DNA of 28,508 nucleotides from a virus (taxonomy: Duplodnaviria; Caudoviricetes), in IMG/VR virus record IMGVR_UViG_3300031450_000130, positions 1 to 28,508 of that record; one strand, given 5' to 3'. Below, one piece after another: positions 9,026 through 19,377 of the stretch (positions within the stretch are counted from its first letter, which is position 1; each line of letters begins with the position of its first letter). The notes below the pieces were generated by a model. That model searched no databases. It was not told the DNA's origin and saw nothing but the letters and a program-made list of their open reading frames with translations. The position numbers were made by a program, and so were the translations under genes.

Positions 9026-9646
9026 CTATCCCACGGTCAGCCGCGCCAGCCGTTCGTCTTTGCGGGCCGAGCCGGCGCTGCTGCCGACCCAGTAGCCAAC
9101 TACGTTGGTTGCCATCGCAGCCAAAGTGCCCAACAGAACATTCAACACCGTCTCCGATCCGGTCGGGATCGCATGCAATAATACTAGGGACACCACGGCT
9201 CCGAAGGTGATCAGCACCACAAGGCTGGTCACCGGTGCGCCCCAAGCCAAGTTGCTCCCGGACTGTGCGAACTGGACCGCCATCGCACGGGCGCTCGCCA
9301 CGTCCGCTAGTTGCGCCGAGAGCCGCGCCTCGGCTGCACTCTCCGCCGCTGCGGCGCGGGTGGCGGCGATGCTTGCGAGCTCTACCCGCAGTTGGCCTGC
9401 AAGGTCGGGGTCGGCCAGCGCTGCGGCCTGGGCGGCGGGCTCGTCAGCACCCGTCACTTCACGGACCGCCCGCTGCACTGCCAGCGTAACCGGCGCAGAG
9501 TCCGGACCGAACAGCCAACGACCGATCTCAGGCGCCAGGTCCAAAGCGATGCCGCCCACCGCACCGAGTGCCGTACCGATGCCGGGCACCACCGAGCCGG
9601 CCGCCGCACCTTTGAGGGCATCGGTCGCCATCCGCGATAAATCCAC
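9026..9646 (-). CDS. Holin-like membrane protein (3TM holin type)
   Basis: D..SAR motif, two C-terminal hydrophobic helices, GYWVGSSAGSARKD terminus; next to the endolysin. Confidence 0.65.
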   Translation of the reverse strand: MDLSRMATDALKGAAAGSVVPGIGTALGAVGGIALDLAPEIGRWLFGPDSAPVTLAVQRAVREVTGADEPAAQAAALADPDLAGQLRVELASIAATRAAAAESAAEARLSAQLADVASARAMAVQFAQSGSNLAWGAPVTSLVVLITFGAVVSLVLLHAIPTGSETVLNVLLGTLAAMATNVVGYWVGSSAGSARKDERLARLTVG

Positions 9647-9709
9647 TTAGCTCTCCATCTCTGCGCGCTGCGAAGGCAGCGACGGCGCCAGACCAAGTTT
9701 CACGAGCAT

Positions 9710-10252
9710 CTAAGTTTCGTTGGGTCCGCCGGACATCCCGATTGCTGCATAGGGCAGCCGGCACAGCCGCCGGGCCCAACCGAGACCGAAAACCCGCCAG
9801 GTCGGCAGCCCCGCCATGAACGTTAGGGGCTGTGCCTGGAATTCCGCCAACAATGCCGCTCCCTGCCCAGCCTTTGCGCCGACTGCGGCCAATGTGCGCG
9901 GTCCGAGCAACCCGTCCGGCGCGACGCCCGTCGCCGCTTGCAGCCAGCGTATCGCACGGTCCACGCCGTTGTTCACCGCCGCATCGAATACCAACAGCGC
10001 CAAGGGCGGCGGTAGGCTATCGCCTTGCACTCGGTCCCAATAATCCCGCCGGTAGATCGCGTGCGCTGCGTCGAGCGTCAGCGTCGCGATCGCCAATCCT
10101 GGATACGCCGCTGCCGAGACGCCATAGCGTGTTCCCAAGCAAACGCCCCGACCGCAAGCGGCCCCGGTCCAATTGCCGGGATCAGCGGGATCAGCGGAAT
10201 AACCGCCCTCCTCCCCAATTACGATGCGGAACGCCTGGTCGAATGCCGCCAT
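9710..10252 (-). CDS. Endolysin, glycosyl hydrolase family 108
   Basis: EEGGYSADPADPGNWTG, T.YGVS, IYRRDYW, FDAAVNNG, DG.LGP.T, FG.GW.RR. Confidence 0.9.
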   Translation of the reverse strand: MAAFDQAFRIVIGEEGGYSADPADPGNWTGAACGRGVCLGTRYGVSAAAYPGLAIATLTLDAAHAIYRRDYWDRVQGDSLPPPLALLVFDAAVNNGVDRAIRWLQAATGVAPDGLLGPRTLAAVGAKAGQGAALLAEFQAQPLTFMAGLPTWRVFGLGWARRLCRLPYAAIGMSGGPNET

Positions 10253-10382
10253 GGGTCAGTCTCCATAAGCTAGAAGCGCCAGGCTTGCGGCCCAGCAGGC
10301 TTCGACGTCTAAAGCATGTCAGTCACACCGACCGCCGGCCGCCATGTGCGCGCCAGCGCCGGGCCGGTCGCGATGCGGCGGG

Positions 10383-10799
10383 TCACGGCGCGGTCTGTGT
10401 TTGCAGATAAGCCGCCAGCGCATCCGCCGCCACGCGCGCCGCAAGCACATCCGGCGCCCGATAACCGGCCCGCGTGCGCCTGGCCCGCAACCGTTGCAAC
10501 GCCTGCGTGGCCTGGAGCGTGAGCGTCGTCAGCCTGTCTATCACCGCCGGCTTGCTGCGCGAGCTCGCCACGTAGTTCGTCGCCTGATCACGCAATGCCG
10601 CGTTGTCGCGGATGACGGCAGCGGGGCTGTCTGCAACGGGTAACGGCACAACGCGGCGTTGCGGGACAGCGACAGGCGCTAGGACGATGGCTGGCCCTGG
10701 CAGATCGGCACCGCCCGGGGAACCAGACGGTGTGCAGCCCGCAGCCAGCATTGCGATAAGCAGCCCACGAAACAGCCGAGACTGCGCGAAGGCTTGCAG
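10383..10799 (-). CDS. Putative lipoprotein (possible o-spanin)
   Basis: The frame is open upstream of ATG 10751 to CTG 10799, giving (M)QAFAQSRLFRGLLIAMLAAG-C, a lipobox-like signal followed by a Pro-rich segment. Lies in the lysis region. Confidence 0.45.
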   Translation of the reverse strand: MQAFAQSRLFRGLLIAMLAAGCTPSGSPGGADLPGPAIVLAPVAVPQRRVVPLPVADSPAAVIRDNAALRDQATNYVASSRSKPAVIDRLTTLTLQATQALQRLRARRTRAGYRAPDVLAARVAADALAAYLQTQTAP

Positions 10800-11032
10800 C
10801 CGGGTCCCTCAGGTATCCCCTCATTTTTTCCGATGTAATTTCAATGATATAGGCGTCGGCAGTGATCAATTGCTTTGCATCTCCGCCGGGGAATCCGCAC
10901 CTATCGATTTCAAGGAATGGTGACGCAGCACCGTATACATAGTAAAATTCTTCCCAATCGAATAAACATCAAATAGAATTCTCGAATTCAAAAGAATAGA
11001 ATGAGGGGATCCCTGAGGCCGGGTCCACCGCA

Positions 11033-11353
11033 TCATCGTTTCCCTAGGTTGGCGGCGATATACTTGCTGGTCGCCTCCAGCCCGATAAGGCGGTCCCGGA
11101 TCTCATTCATGTTGGTCGTCCGCATGTCCTCGCGTTTTTCCATCGCGTCCACACGTGCGTTGGCGCGGATTTCATACTGCACCTGGCGGTCGGCCTGGTT
11201 GTGGTTGGTTTCGGTCTGCGTTGCAAAAAACCATACGCCGGTGCCGCACGCGCCAACGAGCGATGCAATAAAGGCGTAGTTAAGCGTCGGGCTAGAAGTT
11301 AGCCGCACCGACGAGTCGGAAGTCGGCATATCGGTCATGGCCAGCGCCGACAC
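11033..11353 (-). CDS. Single-TM protein with coiled-coil C-terminus (holin- or i-spanin-like)
   Basis: Hydrophobic segment YAFIASLVGACGTGVWFFA followed by a charged helical region; flanked by AT-rich DNA. Confidence 0.5.
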   Translation of the reverse strand: MSALAMTDMPTSDSSVRLTSSPTLNYAFIASLVGACGTGVWFFATQTETNHNQADRQVQYEIRANARVDAMEKREDMRTTNMNEIRDRLIGLEATSKYIAANLGKR

Positions 11354-11502
11354 GCAACTACAGTCATTTGGTCAACCATGAAGTATCCTTCATCTTCTAT
11401 TCAGCTAATACAGCATTCACTAGCGAGATGATAATCCACCGATGCTGTAATTATCTTTACTTATGTGCACCGTATCAGGCTGTGACTTATGTCTTCCAAT
11501 TC

Positions 11503-14500
11503 TTAACGCTGCACAACCATAACCAGCCCCGGCGTTCCCGCCGCCCCGCTGCCCGCCGTGCCGCCCGCAACGCACGACCCAGCCCCCGATCCGCCCGAGC
11601 CGTAACCGGAGCCTGCGCCGGCACTTCCCGCCGACGCACCGCCCACCGCAGACCCGCCGGATCCTCCAGCGGCCCCAGGGCTGTAGTTGTAGGGCGGCGC
11701 GTTCGCGGCCAAGCCCGCGCCCCCAACCGCCGCCGCTACAGCGGCAGCGCCCGGCACCGTCCCGCCGATCCCGCCGCCAAACGCAGCGCTGGTGCTGACA
11801 CCCGTGCCTGCCGCCCCGCTGCCCGCGCCGCCCAATATACCGTCCCGCCCTGCGAAGCCCGCGCCGCCATTAGTACCAGCGCCATCGCCAGGACCTACGC
11901 CGAGAGCGGCCACGCTCGCCTGCGAGCCGGTCAATCCCACGCCGTTGACGCCGTTCGGCCCCCCGCCCCCGCCGCCCGTACTGCCCGCCCCGACAACGCC
12001 TCCGTTGCCGCCATTGCCGCCATAGGCATTGAGCGGCGGGAACGTCGTAATGGCAGAAGCCGCCGTGCCATTGGCGCCAGTGCCCGTAGCAGTCCCGCCG
12101 ACACCGCCAGCACCGTTCGCGGCCACAACTCCTGTTACGGTCGCTGCAACCAACGCTGCCGGCACCGTCATTCGGACGACTGCGCCCGCACCCCCGCCGG
12201 CGCCGCCCGAGCCAGCGGTGGCTGCGGCAAACACACCGCCCGCGCCACCGCCGCCGCCCGCGCCGATCAGCGTGATATCCACCAGCGCCGCCCCAGCGAG
12301 CTTGGTCCAGGTATAGCTTCCAGCCGCGGTGAAAATGTCTAGCCGCGGCAAAGCGTTCGCTGTCCCGCCCTGTAGCGCGCCGTTCAAGTATGCGCTGCCC
12401 GACACCGCCGACAACGTGCCGTCACCTGCTACCGCGAGCCCAACGCCGGGCTTCACCGCGCCGATCACCGAGCTGGTCGCTGCCGTGGTCGGGCCGGCAG
12501 GCCCAGTCGCACCCGTAGCACCCGCTGTGCCCGCGGCTCCGGCACCGCCGGTCGGACCGGGAACCGTGCTAGCGGCTCCTGGCGTGCCCGTTGCGCCAGC
12601 GGCACCCAGGATACCTTGTGTACCCTGAATGCCAGTCGCTCCTGCCGCGCCGGTGCTCCCAGTCGCTCCGATCGGGCCTTGCGCTCCGGTCGCGCCAATC
12701 GCCCCTACGTTCCCAGCCGGCCCTGTGGCGCCGGCGGCCGCCCAAAGATTCCAAGCTATTGCGTTGAACGTCGTGCCGGACGTGAAAGCGGTCAAAGCCA
12801 AATAGGTCTGGCCGCCATAGGTGACGACGTCATACGGCGCATAACTGGTCGATGCGACCCACGCACCCCGGGCGCTGAAACCCTGGCCGACTGCACCTGC
12901 GATACCAGTCGGTCCAGCGGCGCCGGTCGTTCCGGTCAGCCCTTGCGGACCTGCGACGCCGGCAGCACCCGCCGCCCCAGTAAACCCGGTTGACCCGCTG
13001 GCGCCCGTTGCACCGATTGGACCTTGCAAACCGGTGGTGCCGGCCGCACCCGCAGGTCCCGCCGGCCCGGTCGAACCCACGCCACCTGCCACACGCGCGA
13101 CCACGAAAGCCGTCGTCGCCAAGGTCGCGTCATTGCTGCCCGGCGCTGGCGTGATGCCCAGCACACCACCGGAACTCACCGACAGCGCCGTGGTGCCGCC
13201 CACTACGACCTCATACGCCGCAGAAACCGGATTATAGTGCGTGTAGGTCGTGCCAACCGAAACCTTCGCCGGGTTCGAGAAGCCATCCGGAAAGGCACTC
13301 GCGTTCAGATACGTCCGCTGCCCTGCCGCCTGCGTCCAAACAGCTTTTGTCGGTCCGCTCGCCACCGGTGTCGTGTCGATCACATTGTTCCACTTGCCCG
13401 TCGGCTGCAGCGCAACATCAACAGCCTTCGTGCCGAGCGATTGCAGGCGAAACGCTAGCCACCACGCTCCTTTCGCCCCGCCGTTGTTCGTACGGTTGAA
13501 ATTGCGCACCGTGCTGCTGACCGCAATGTCCGACCCGACCGCGCCGAACCCGCCGTCGTCATGGCTAAACTCGTCCACCTCCTGATACGTCCCGTCCGCA
13601 AACGAGAAGATGTCGCCTGAGAACGCCACCAACGCCGGGTTCGCCAGGAAATGCGTGCTTCCCGGCTTGGTACCCGCGACAAACCCGCTGACATGCAGAA
13701 AATAAGCGTCGCCCTGGCCCACATTGCCAACGTTGCTGTTGATCGCGGCAACGCCCGTGCGCCCGCCGACCTGGTTGTCGGTCGCCTGGTTCCACCCGCT
13801 CTGATTAAGCATCGACAGGCTGATCGCGCTGTTCTCGTGGTGCATGACATAGCTGGTCGCAGGCTTGGTCAGCGTGTCGTCACCCTCGATCCGGTGCTCG
13901 ATCGCCAGATGCACAGTGCTCAGATCGCCATCGAATGCCTGGACGATGTCGCCTTGATTGCCATAGCTCGTCGGCGCCGCGGACCGCAGGCTGAACCGTG
14001 GGGCGCGCTTATGACCATCCGCCGTCCGGATTTGGCCGTCGCCATCCATACGCCCGCTCAACCCCTCAGTCGCCGTCGTCACGCGTGCGACGCCCGAGGG
14101 CAAGGTCACCGCCCCCTCCCCTGCAGCGGCCCGGGCCGCCATGAGGGCGGCCGTATCATCCGTCGAATCATTCAGCGCCGCGCCGAAGTCTCGGGCATTA
14201 ACGCGATCCGCCGCGCGTGCGCCCAAGCTGCGTGCCGTGGCCGCACCGCCCGCAATCACTTGGAGCGCGGAAGCGTCCGTGATAACCGGTGCCGCCGCAC
14301 CAGCTGCGCCAGTGTCCCCTTTCAAGCCCGCCGGCCCCTGTGCACCCGGCAAACCGCGCAAGCCAATCACGCCGGTCGCGCCCGCGGCGCCCGACGGTCC
14401 CAAGGAACCCTGGGGTCCCGGGGCACCAGTGTCGCCCTGGATGCCCTGCAAGCCCGGCGTGCCAAGCCCGCCGCCGGATGGCGCCGAGATCACGCCCCCT

Positions 14501-14892
14501 GAATCGATCTGCACCCCCACCCCGGCCGAAAACAGCCGCCGTAGTGCCGTCGCCGGCATCCGCCGTGGCGCCGACCCGCTGTTGATCACCACCTCGTCGC
14601 CCACCAGCAGCCCTGGCGTCGCTGGAAACGCAAGGTGGTCCGCTCCCGTAGCCGCCAGTCCAACGCCCGACACCGCAAGCCCGACGCCAACCGCCACCGG
14701 CTCCGGCTCCGGGCCGCCAACTGACGCCGACACTCGCCCCAGCAGCGCGCCCGGCGCCAGCGTGATGGACGGCTGCGTGCCCGCCAGCAGCAATCCTACC
14801 TTGGCACTCCGGGTAAGGCTGCCTTGGCTCAAAGGCAGCTCGTCTGTCGCTGCCACCCGCGTAGCCAGCGGAAGTTGCTTGATCGTCGGCAT
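11503..14892 (-). CDS. Collagen-like tail fibre / receptor-binding protein (1129 aa)
   Basis: Three Gly-X-Y blocks, tailspike neck motif VNARDFGA...DDTAAL, CBM5/12-like W...TSY.PYDVVTYGGQTY segment, Gly-rich C-terminal domain. Confidence 0.8.
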   Translation of the reverse strand: MPTIKQLPLATRVAATDELPLSQGSLTRSAKVGLLLAGTQPSITLAPGALLGRVSASVGGPEPEPVAVGVGLAVSGVGLAATGADHLAFPATPGLLVGDEVVINSGSAPRRMPATALRRLFSAGVGVQIDSGGVISAPSGGGLGTPGLQGIQGDTGAPGPQGSLGPSGAAGATGVIGLRGLPGAQGPAGLKGDTGAAGAAAPVITDASALQVIAGGAATARSLGARAADRVNARDFGAALNDSTDDTAALMAARAAAGEGAVTLPSGVARVTTATEGLSGRMDGDGQIRTADGHKRAPRFSLRSAAPTSYGNQGDIVQAFDGDLSTVHLAIEHRIEGDDTLTKPATSYVMHHENSAISLSMLNQSGWNQATDNQVGGRTGVAAINSNVGNVGQGDAYFLHVSGFVAGTKPGSTHFLANPALVAFSGDIFSFADGTYQEVDEFSHDDGGFGAVGSDIAVSSTVRNFNRTNNGGAKGAWWLAFRLQSLGTKAVDVALQPTGKWNNVIDTTPVASGPTKAVWTQAAGQRTYLNASAFPDGFSNPAKVSVGTTYTHYNPVSAAYEVVVGGTTALSVSSGGVLGITPAPGSNDATLATTAFVVARVAGGVGSTGPAGPAGAAGTTGLQGPIGATGASGSTGFTGAAGAAGVAGPQGLTGTTGAAGPTGIAGAVGQGFSARGAWVASTSYAPYDVVTYGGQTYLALTAFTSGTTFNAIAWNLWAAAGATGPAGNVGAIGATGAQGPIGATGSTGAAGATGIQGTQGILGAAGATGTPGAASTVPGPTGGAGAAGTAGATGATGPAGPTTAATSSVIGAVKPGVGLAVAGDGTLSAVSGSAYLNGALQGGTANALPRLDIFTAAGSYTWTKLAGAALVDITLIGAGGGGGAGGVFAAATAGSGGAGGGAGAVVRMTVPAALVAATVTGVVAANGAGGVGGTATGTGANGTAASAITTFPPLNAYGGNGGNGGVVGAGSTGGGGGGPNGVNGVGLTGSQASVAALGVGPGDGAGTNGGAGFAGRDGILGGAGSGAAGTGVSTSAAFGGGIGGTVPGAAAVAAAVGGAGLAANAPPYNYSPGAAGGSGGSAVGGASAGSAGAGSGYGSGGSGAGSCVAGGTAGSGAAGTPGLVMVVQR
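12488..14463 (-). repeat. Collagen Gly-X-Y triplet blocks (~14290-14463, ~12880-13077, ~12488-12732)
   Basis: For example GTPGLQGIQGDTGAPGPQG.. and GSTGPAGPAGAAGTTGLQG.. in the translation; each block is roughly 20 triplets. Confidence 0.85.
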
Positions 14893-14940
14893 TTTTGTCC
14901 CCGATCTACTGTCTCATTGCGAGTAGATACTACTGCTGAT

Positions 14941-17481
14941 CTATCCCAGTGCCGCCCAACCCACAGCGTCTAACCCGCTCCGCTTCAGCCACAGCGTCGA
15001 TCCCACGCCGCCATCCAGGTTCCGGTAGTCGGACCCAGGCGGCGCGTTCACAACGCCCTCCGGACTGCCGCGGCCCAGCGCGCTGACAAAGCCCCAAGGC
15101 TCCGCGTCCGACCCCACCCGGACCCGCCCAGGTCCGGAAGGCCGCAGCGTCAGGTCTCCCCTGGCCGTACGCAGCACTAAGCTGCCATCCCCGGTTGGCG
15201 CCAGGTAATCGGCCGGTGCAAAGGCAGCGGCTTGCCAACCGCCCCAAGTTCCCACCCAATCAATCGCTGTCGCCGCAGGAACCAAGATGTCCGTGCCGGT
15301 CCAATTGTCCTGAAATGGAGCGCTGCCCACCCGCTTGAACCGCACGGCGCAATTGCAGTGCAGCCGCAACCGTCGCTCCTCGGTCACTGGCAAGCCAATC
15401 ACTGCCACAGCCGTGGCATCCTGGCCGTCCCCGGTGATCGCCACCGTGGCGCCCGCCGCATACCCGCTGCCGCCACTCACCAGGCTGATGCCCAGCACCG
15501 CGCCATCCCGCACATAGGCGATCGCCTGCGCCCCGCTGCCCGCGCCTGGAAGCGTTGCAGAAATCACGACGCTCGCTCGCCTATAACCGCTGCCGCCCGC
15601 AAGCACGCGCACGAAACCGACCTGACCCGCCGTAGCGGCTTGGTGTGCACCCATGACGCTCTGCACGCCTCGCCCAGCCGAAGTCACCATCGCCTCGTCC
15701 AGCATGTCTGGAACCTGAATCTGCTGTATTGCACCCGTGTCGACCGGGTTGCAGATCATTCGCACCTGGTTGTTCCAGCTATTGTCCCGCACCAGAACGC
15801 TGTCCGTGTGCGCCCATAATGCCTGCGACGGACTGCTGCCATCGCCGCCAAAGAAGGCATTCCGCACCACCGACACACCTTGCGGCGCATCGAGCAAATA
15901 CACTCCGCCGCCCGAGCCATCCCTCAGCACGATGCGGTTGCCCTCAATCGCGAGCCCCTGGCACGCAATACCGAAATTCTGCCCGCGCCCATCTGTCTCG
16001 ACGTTATAGGCCGTGATGCCCCAACCATTGCCCAATAACTGATTATCCGCGACCCGCACGCCACGGCTGCCGCCCGGGTTGATGCCGACCGAACAGCCCT
16101 GCACCAAGTTGCTGGACACGTCGCAATCGACGCACCCTCCCGCGTCGATTCCAAAATAGCTCGGCCCCGACACGATATTCCCAACGATCCGCGACTGCAT
16201 GGCGTTGGCAAGGATACCATCGCCATTGGCAGAAACCTCGTTGTCCGCTACCTGAAGTGCGAGCCCGGCGACCGCGATTCCATAGGACGTGTTGTCGTGG
16301 CAGGCATTGCCCGCCACGATCACGCTTATTGCGTCCGGATGCGCATGCCCCCACCGTGGCGGCTCGGCATTGATCTCATTGAAGTTGCCAACCGAGATGC
16401 CGCGGTTATTGCCCCAGGCCTCGCACCCCAACACCCATACGTGCCGAACCACCTGTCGGAAAGCCGTGTCGTTGAAGTCAATGCAGATGCCATATCCGCC
16501 ATTGCCATGCGCCACGCATCCCTCGATCAACGCGCCCGAAACTGCCTGGATCCAAATCCCATGCACCTGGTTGTCGCGCGCCTCGCACCCCAGCACGCGA
16601 TGTCGGCTCGGCGAGCCCGAAACACCGTCCCGCCCTTGGATCACCAACCCGCTTCCAAGGTTTGCCCCCAGCGCACCTTGGAACACGCAACTATCAAATA
16701 ACGTTTGCACGCACGCCGGCGTCACCAGCACGCCCCAGCTATCTCCCGGCACCTGCCCGGCGTCGAACGAAACTCCCAACGCCGTAAACGCCGCGCCCGC
16801 GATGCTGATGAACGCCCCCGTGGCCAGCGCACCGCCAACCGTTAGCCGCCGCAAGACCGTTCGGCCGGGCACGCCGATCAGTGTCGCCGGGCTGCTGATC
16901 GTCCACTGCCCCCTCAAGGCATAAACATGCGGCCCCAGCCGCACTGGCCGCCCGCTAGCGACCGCTCAATCCAGCGCCGCCGTATCGTCGACGACGCCGT
17001 CGCCCACCGCGCCGAACGCCTCGACCGGCATGGCATCTGCCGTCCAGTCTGCCAGGCTTCGCGCAAACCCGCCCGGCGCCTGCACGAGTTGCGCCGAAAG
17101 ATCGATCCCAGCCACGCCGCCCAGTCCGGCCATGAACGCGCCATACGACACCGCCGTGTCCCGCCCGCCCTGCGCCACGCCGACCAAATCTCCAGCCGCC
17201 AGGGCGACGCCGCCCGGTAGCCCCGCCACGCTGAATGGCGCCGCCGCCGACAGCGTACCATCGATCAAACGCAGGTTGGCGCCCACACCAATCCGCTCTG
17301 CTCCGCCAATCCCCGGACTGCTCCGCCCCAGCAGCACCCCCGCCTGCACCGCCAGCGTCGGCTGCATCCCCGCCAAGAACTGCGCCCGTGTCACGCGCCG
17401 CGCGAGGCCGCCCTGGCTGATTGGCAACAGGTCGCCATCAGCCGCCGCCAAAGCGAGCGGCAGGTTCTTAATCGTCGGCAT
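14941..17481 (-). pseudogene. Tailspike / right-handed beta-helix (pectate-lyase-like) protein with one in-frame TGA
   Basis: ORFs 16966-17481 and 14941-16944 share a frame: FGAVGDGVVDDTAALD*AVASGRPVRLGP. Asn/Gly beta-helix repeats; C-terminal GSPEGVV.APPGS.Y....GG....W.K.SG....GW motif. Confidence 0.8.
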
Positions 17482-17485
17482 GACC

Positions 17486-17971
17486 CTAACTCCCCAACAG
17501 CAACGGATTGCCGAACTCGTCCAAGAGTTCCGACCCGCTCTCCGTTTGCAGCGCCTCCGACACCCAAGGCGCCGACGCCAGCGCCAGCACCGGCAGCAGC
17601 ACCGACCGCGATAGCACTCGCCCGGCCTGCGTCCCGATCGTCAGCGTCACGCTATAAGTCGTCCCAACCTGCCCGCCGGCGAGCCATAACACCGCCCGCG
17701 CGCCATCCGCCGCCGCCGAAGCCAGTGACAAATCTCCAGGGTTCGCCGGGCTGATTGCTACGTCGAGCGTCGCGACCGCATCGCCATCGTTCCCGCTCAA
17801 CGCCGGGGTAATGTCGAACTGATAGTCGAGCACGTCAGCCGGGTCCTTCGCCGGCCACGCCAGCAGTGCCGGAGCCATGGCCGGCGCACCACGCGGCCCC
17901 GGCACGAACCCATCCAACACCAGCACCCGCGCGGCACTGGGCTTATAAAGGTGAACCGCATTAGTTGCCAT
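17486..17971 (-). CDS. Phage fibre-tail adaptor-like protein
   Basis: WPAKDPADVLDYQFD..VLWLAGGQ.GTTY.VT..I.T..GR..SRSV; located between fibre genes. Confidence 0.6.
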   Translation of the reverse strand: MATNAVHLYKPSAARVLVLDGFVPGPRGAPAMAPALLAWPAKDPADVLDYQFDITPALSGNDGDAVATLDVAISPANPGDLSLASAAADGARAVLWLAGGQVGTTYSVTLTIGTQAGRVLSRSVLLPVLALASAPWVSEALQTESGSELLDEFGNPLLLGS

Positions 17972-18001
17972 TTTGTTCCCCAAAAAACGCAGCGACTAAA
18001 G

Positions 18002-18033
18002 CCCTCTCTCCCCGGGAGAGGGTTGAGTGAGGG
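18002..18033. repeat. BoxC/REP-like intergenic repeat, copy 1
   Basis: CCCTCTCTCCCCGGGAGAGGG-TTGAGTGAGGG hairpin plus tail. Confidence 0.65.
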
Positions 18034-18070
18034 CCGCTTGAGAGACCCGCCTAACCAATTTTCAAGTCAT

Positions 18071-19291
18071 CTAATACTCGACAATAACCAGCCCATTCGC
18101 CCCCGTGCCGCGATTCGTGTTCGGCCCAAACCCGCCCGCAGCGCCTGATCCCGCCGCCTGCCCCTGCGCCGGTGATCCGCCAAGGAACGCGCTGCGCCCG
18201 CCGCCGCCGAAGGCGCTGGCCCCGCCCGCCCCGCCCGGCAGCGCCGCCGCGAGCGGTCCATCCCCGCCTGGTCCGCCAAACAGCAACAATGTACCGACTG
18301 TCCCGCGCCCGCCATTGCCGCCCGCGCTGTCCGGATTGCCCGAACGCCCGCCAAACCCGTTCGAGGCAGCAACCAGTGTCCCAAACGACGTTGAGCCGCC
18401 CACCACCCCATTATACCGCGGCGCGCCGCCGGCCCCGCCGACACCGACCGTCACGACCACCACGCCCCCGGGCTCGACCGGCACGATCGCTTCGGCGTAA
18501 CCGCCGGCGCCACCGCCGCCCCCGGTATAATCGGCGCCGCCGCCGCCGCCGGCACCCACCAGCCTTACCTTCGCCGACCGCACATCCGGCGGCGCAACCC
18601 AAATGGTGTTCTGGGGAAACACCTCCTGCCGGCTGAACCCTGGAAGCAATGCCGGTAATTTAAACGGCACGAACGGGCCGCCCGGTGAAACCGCAATGTC
18701 CACCGCCTGGGTCGCCTGGCCGAAATACGTCATCACCGAATACAGCCCGACCCACCCAGCGTCCGCCACCGGCGGAAACCGACCGCCAACAATTCGTGGC
18801 TCGCCTGGCTTTGCGGCCAACGCAATCCGCACCACGCGTTGCGTATTCTGCGCCGCGCCGCTATTGAGTGGCCCGCTCCACGCCACGGCAGGGTCAGCCG
18901 CGTTGAAATATGGCAGCGCCACCGGCCCGGTATCATACTCGATGATGGCCGCCTGAATCAGCCAGCAAATCGCATGGTCGCCGTCCGCCGGCCCATGGAT
19001 CAGCACCGCCGTGTTCGACGCATTATACCCGATCTTCACCAGCGGCGTAGCGTCTGCCGCCACCGACCCAAATGGCCGCGCGTCGGTGACATACAGCGTC
19101 GACAGGCTTCCCGGCCCAACGACCACCCCATATCCCGTCACTGCCGGCACGCAAGCCAGTCCGTCCGCCACCGTTCCCGTCCCGAGCACGCACTGCGCCA
19201 GCAAACCGACCGTCGTCATCATGTTCCGCTGCATTTGCAGCAGGTCGGTGTCGAGTGGAATGGAGCCGGGATAGACGATTTGTCGATCCAT
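18071..19291 (-). CDS. Tail fibre protein, baseplate-proximal, Gly-rich C-terminal domain
   Basis: MDRQIVYPGSIPLDTDLL N-terminus, follows the J/I-like wedge genes, ends in VRLVGAGGGGG..GANGLVIVEY. Confidence 0.75.
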   Translation of the reverse strand: MDRQIVYPGSIPLDTDLLQMQRNMMTTVGLLAQCVLGTGTVADGLACVPAVTGYGVVVGPGSLSTLYVTDARPFGSVAADATPLVKIGYNASNTAVLIHGPADGDHAICWLIQAAIIEYDTGPVALPYFNAADPAVAWSGPLNSGAAQNTQRVVRIALAAKPGEPRIVGGRFPPVADAGWVGLYSVMTYFGQATQAVDIAVSPGGPFVPFKLPALLPGFSRQEVFPQNTIWVAPPDVRSAKVRLVGAGGGGGADYTGGGGGAGGYAEAIVPVEPGGVVVVTVGVGGAGGAPRYNGVVGGSTSFGTLVAASNGFGGRSGNPDSAGGNGGRGTVGTLLLFGGPGGDGPLAAALPGGAGGASAFGGGGRSAFLGGSPAQGQAAGSGAAGGFGPNTNRGTGANGLVIVEY

Positions 19292-19318
19292 CAGTCACTC
19301 TCCAACTAAATTGTTTTG

Positions 19319-19351
19319 CCCCTCCACCTAGGGAGGAGGTCAAGGTGAGGG
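19319..19351. repeat. BoxC/REP-like intergenic repeat, copy 2 (degenerate)
   Basis: CCCCTCCACCTAGGGAGGAGGTCAAGGTGAGGG. Confidence 0.5.
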
Positions 19352-19377
19352 CGACGGCAAACCTACTCAGGATCGCC

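Noticed and set aside
11503-14892. Periodic GCC/CCG-rich repeats as a CRISPR array or tandem DNA repeat
   Set aside because: The periodicity is explained by Gly-X-Y and Gly/Ala codons; there are no identical repeats with unique spacers and no cas genes.
11503-19291. Diversity-generating retroelement or invertible tail-fibre switch
   Set aside because: No reverse transcriptase, invertase, TR/VR pair or inverted fibre cassette was seen; similarity between fibres is protein-level only.
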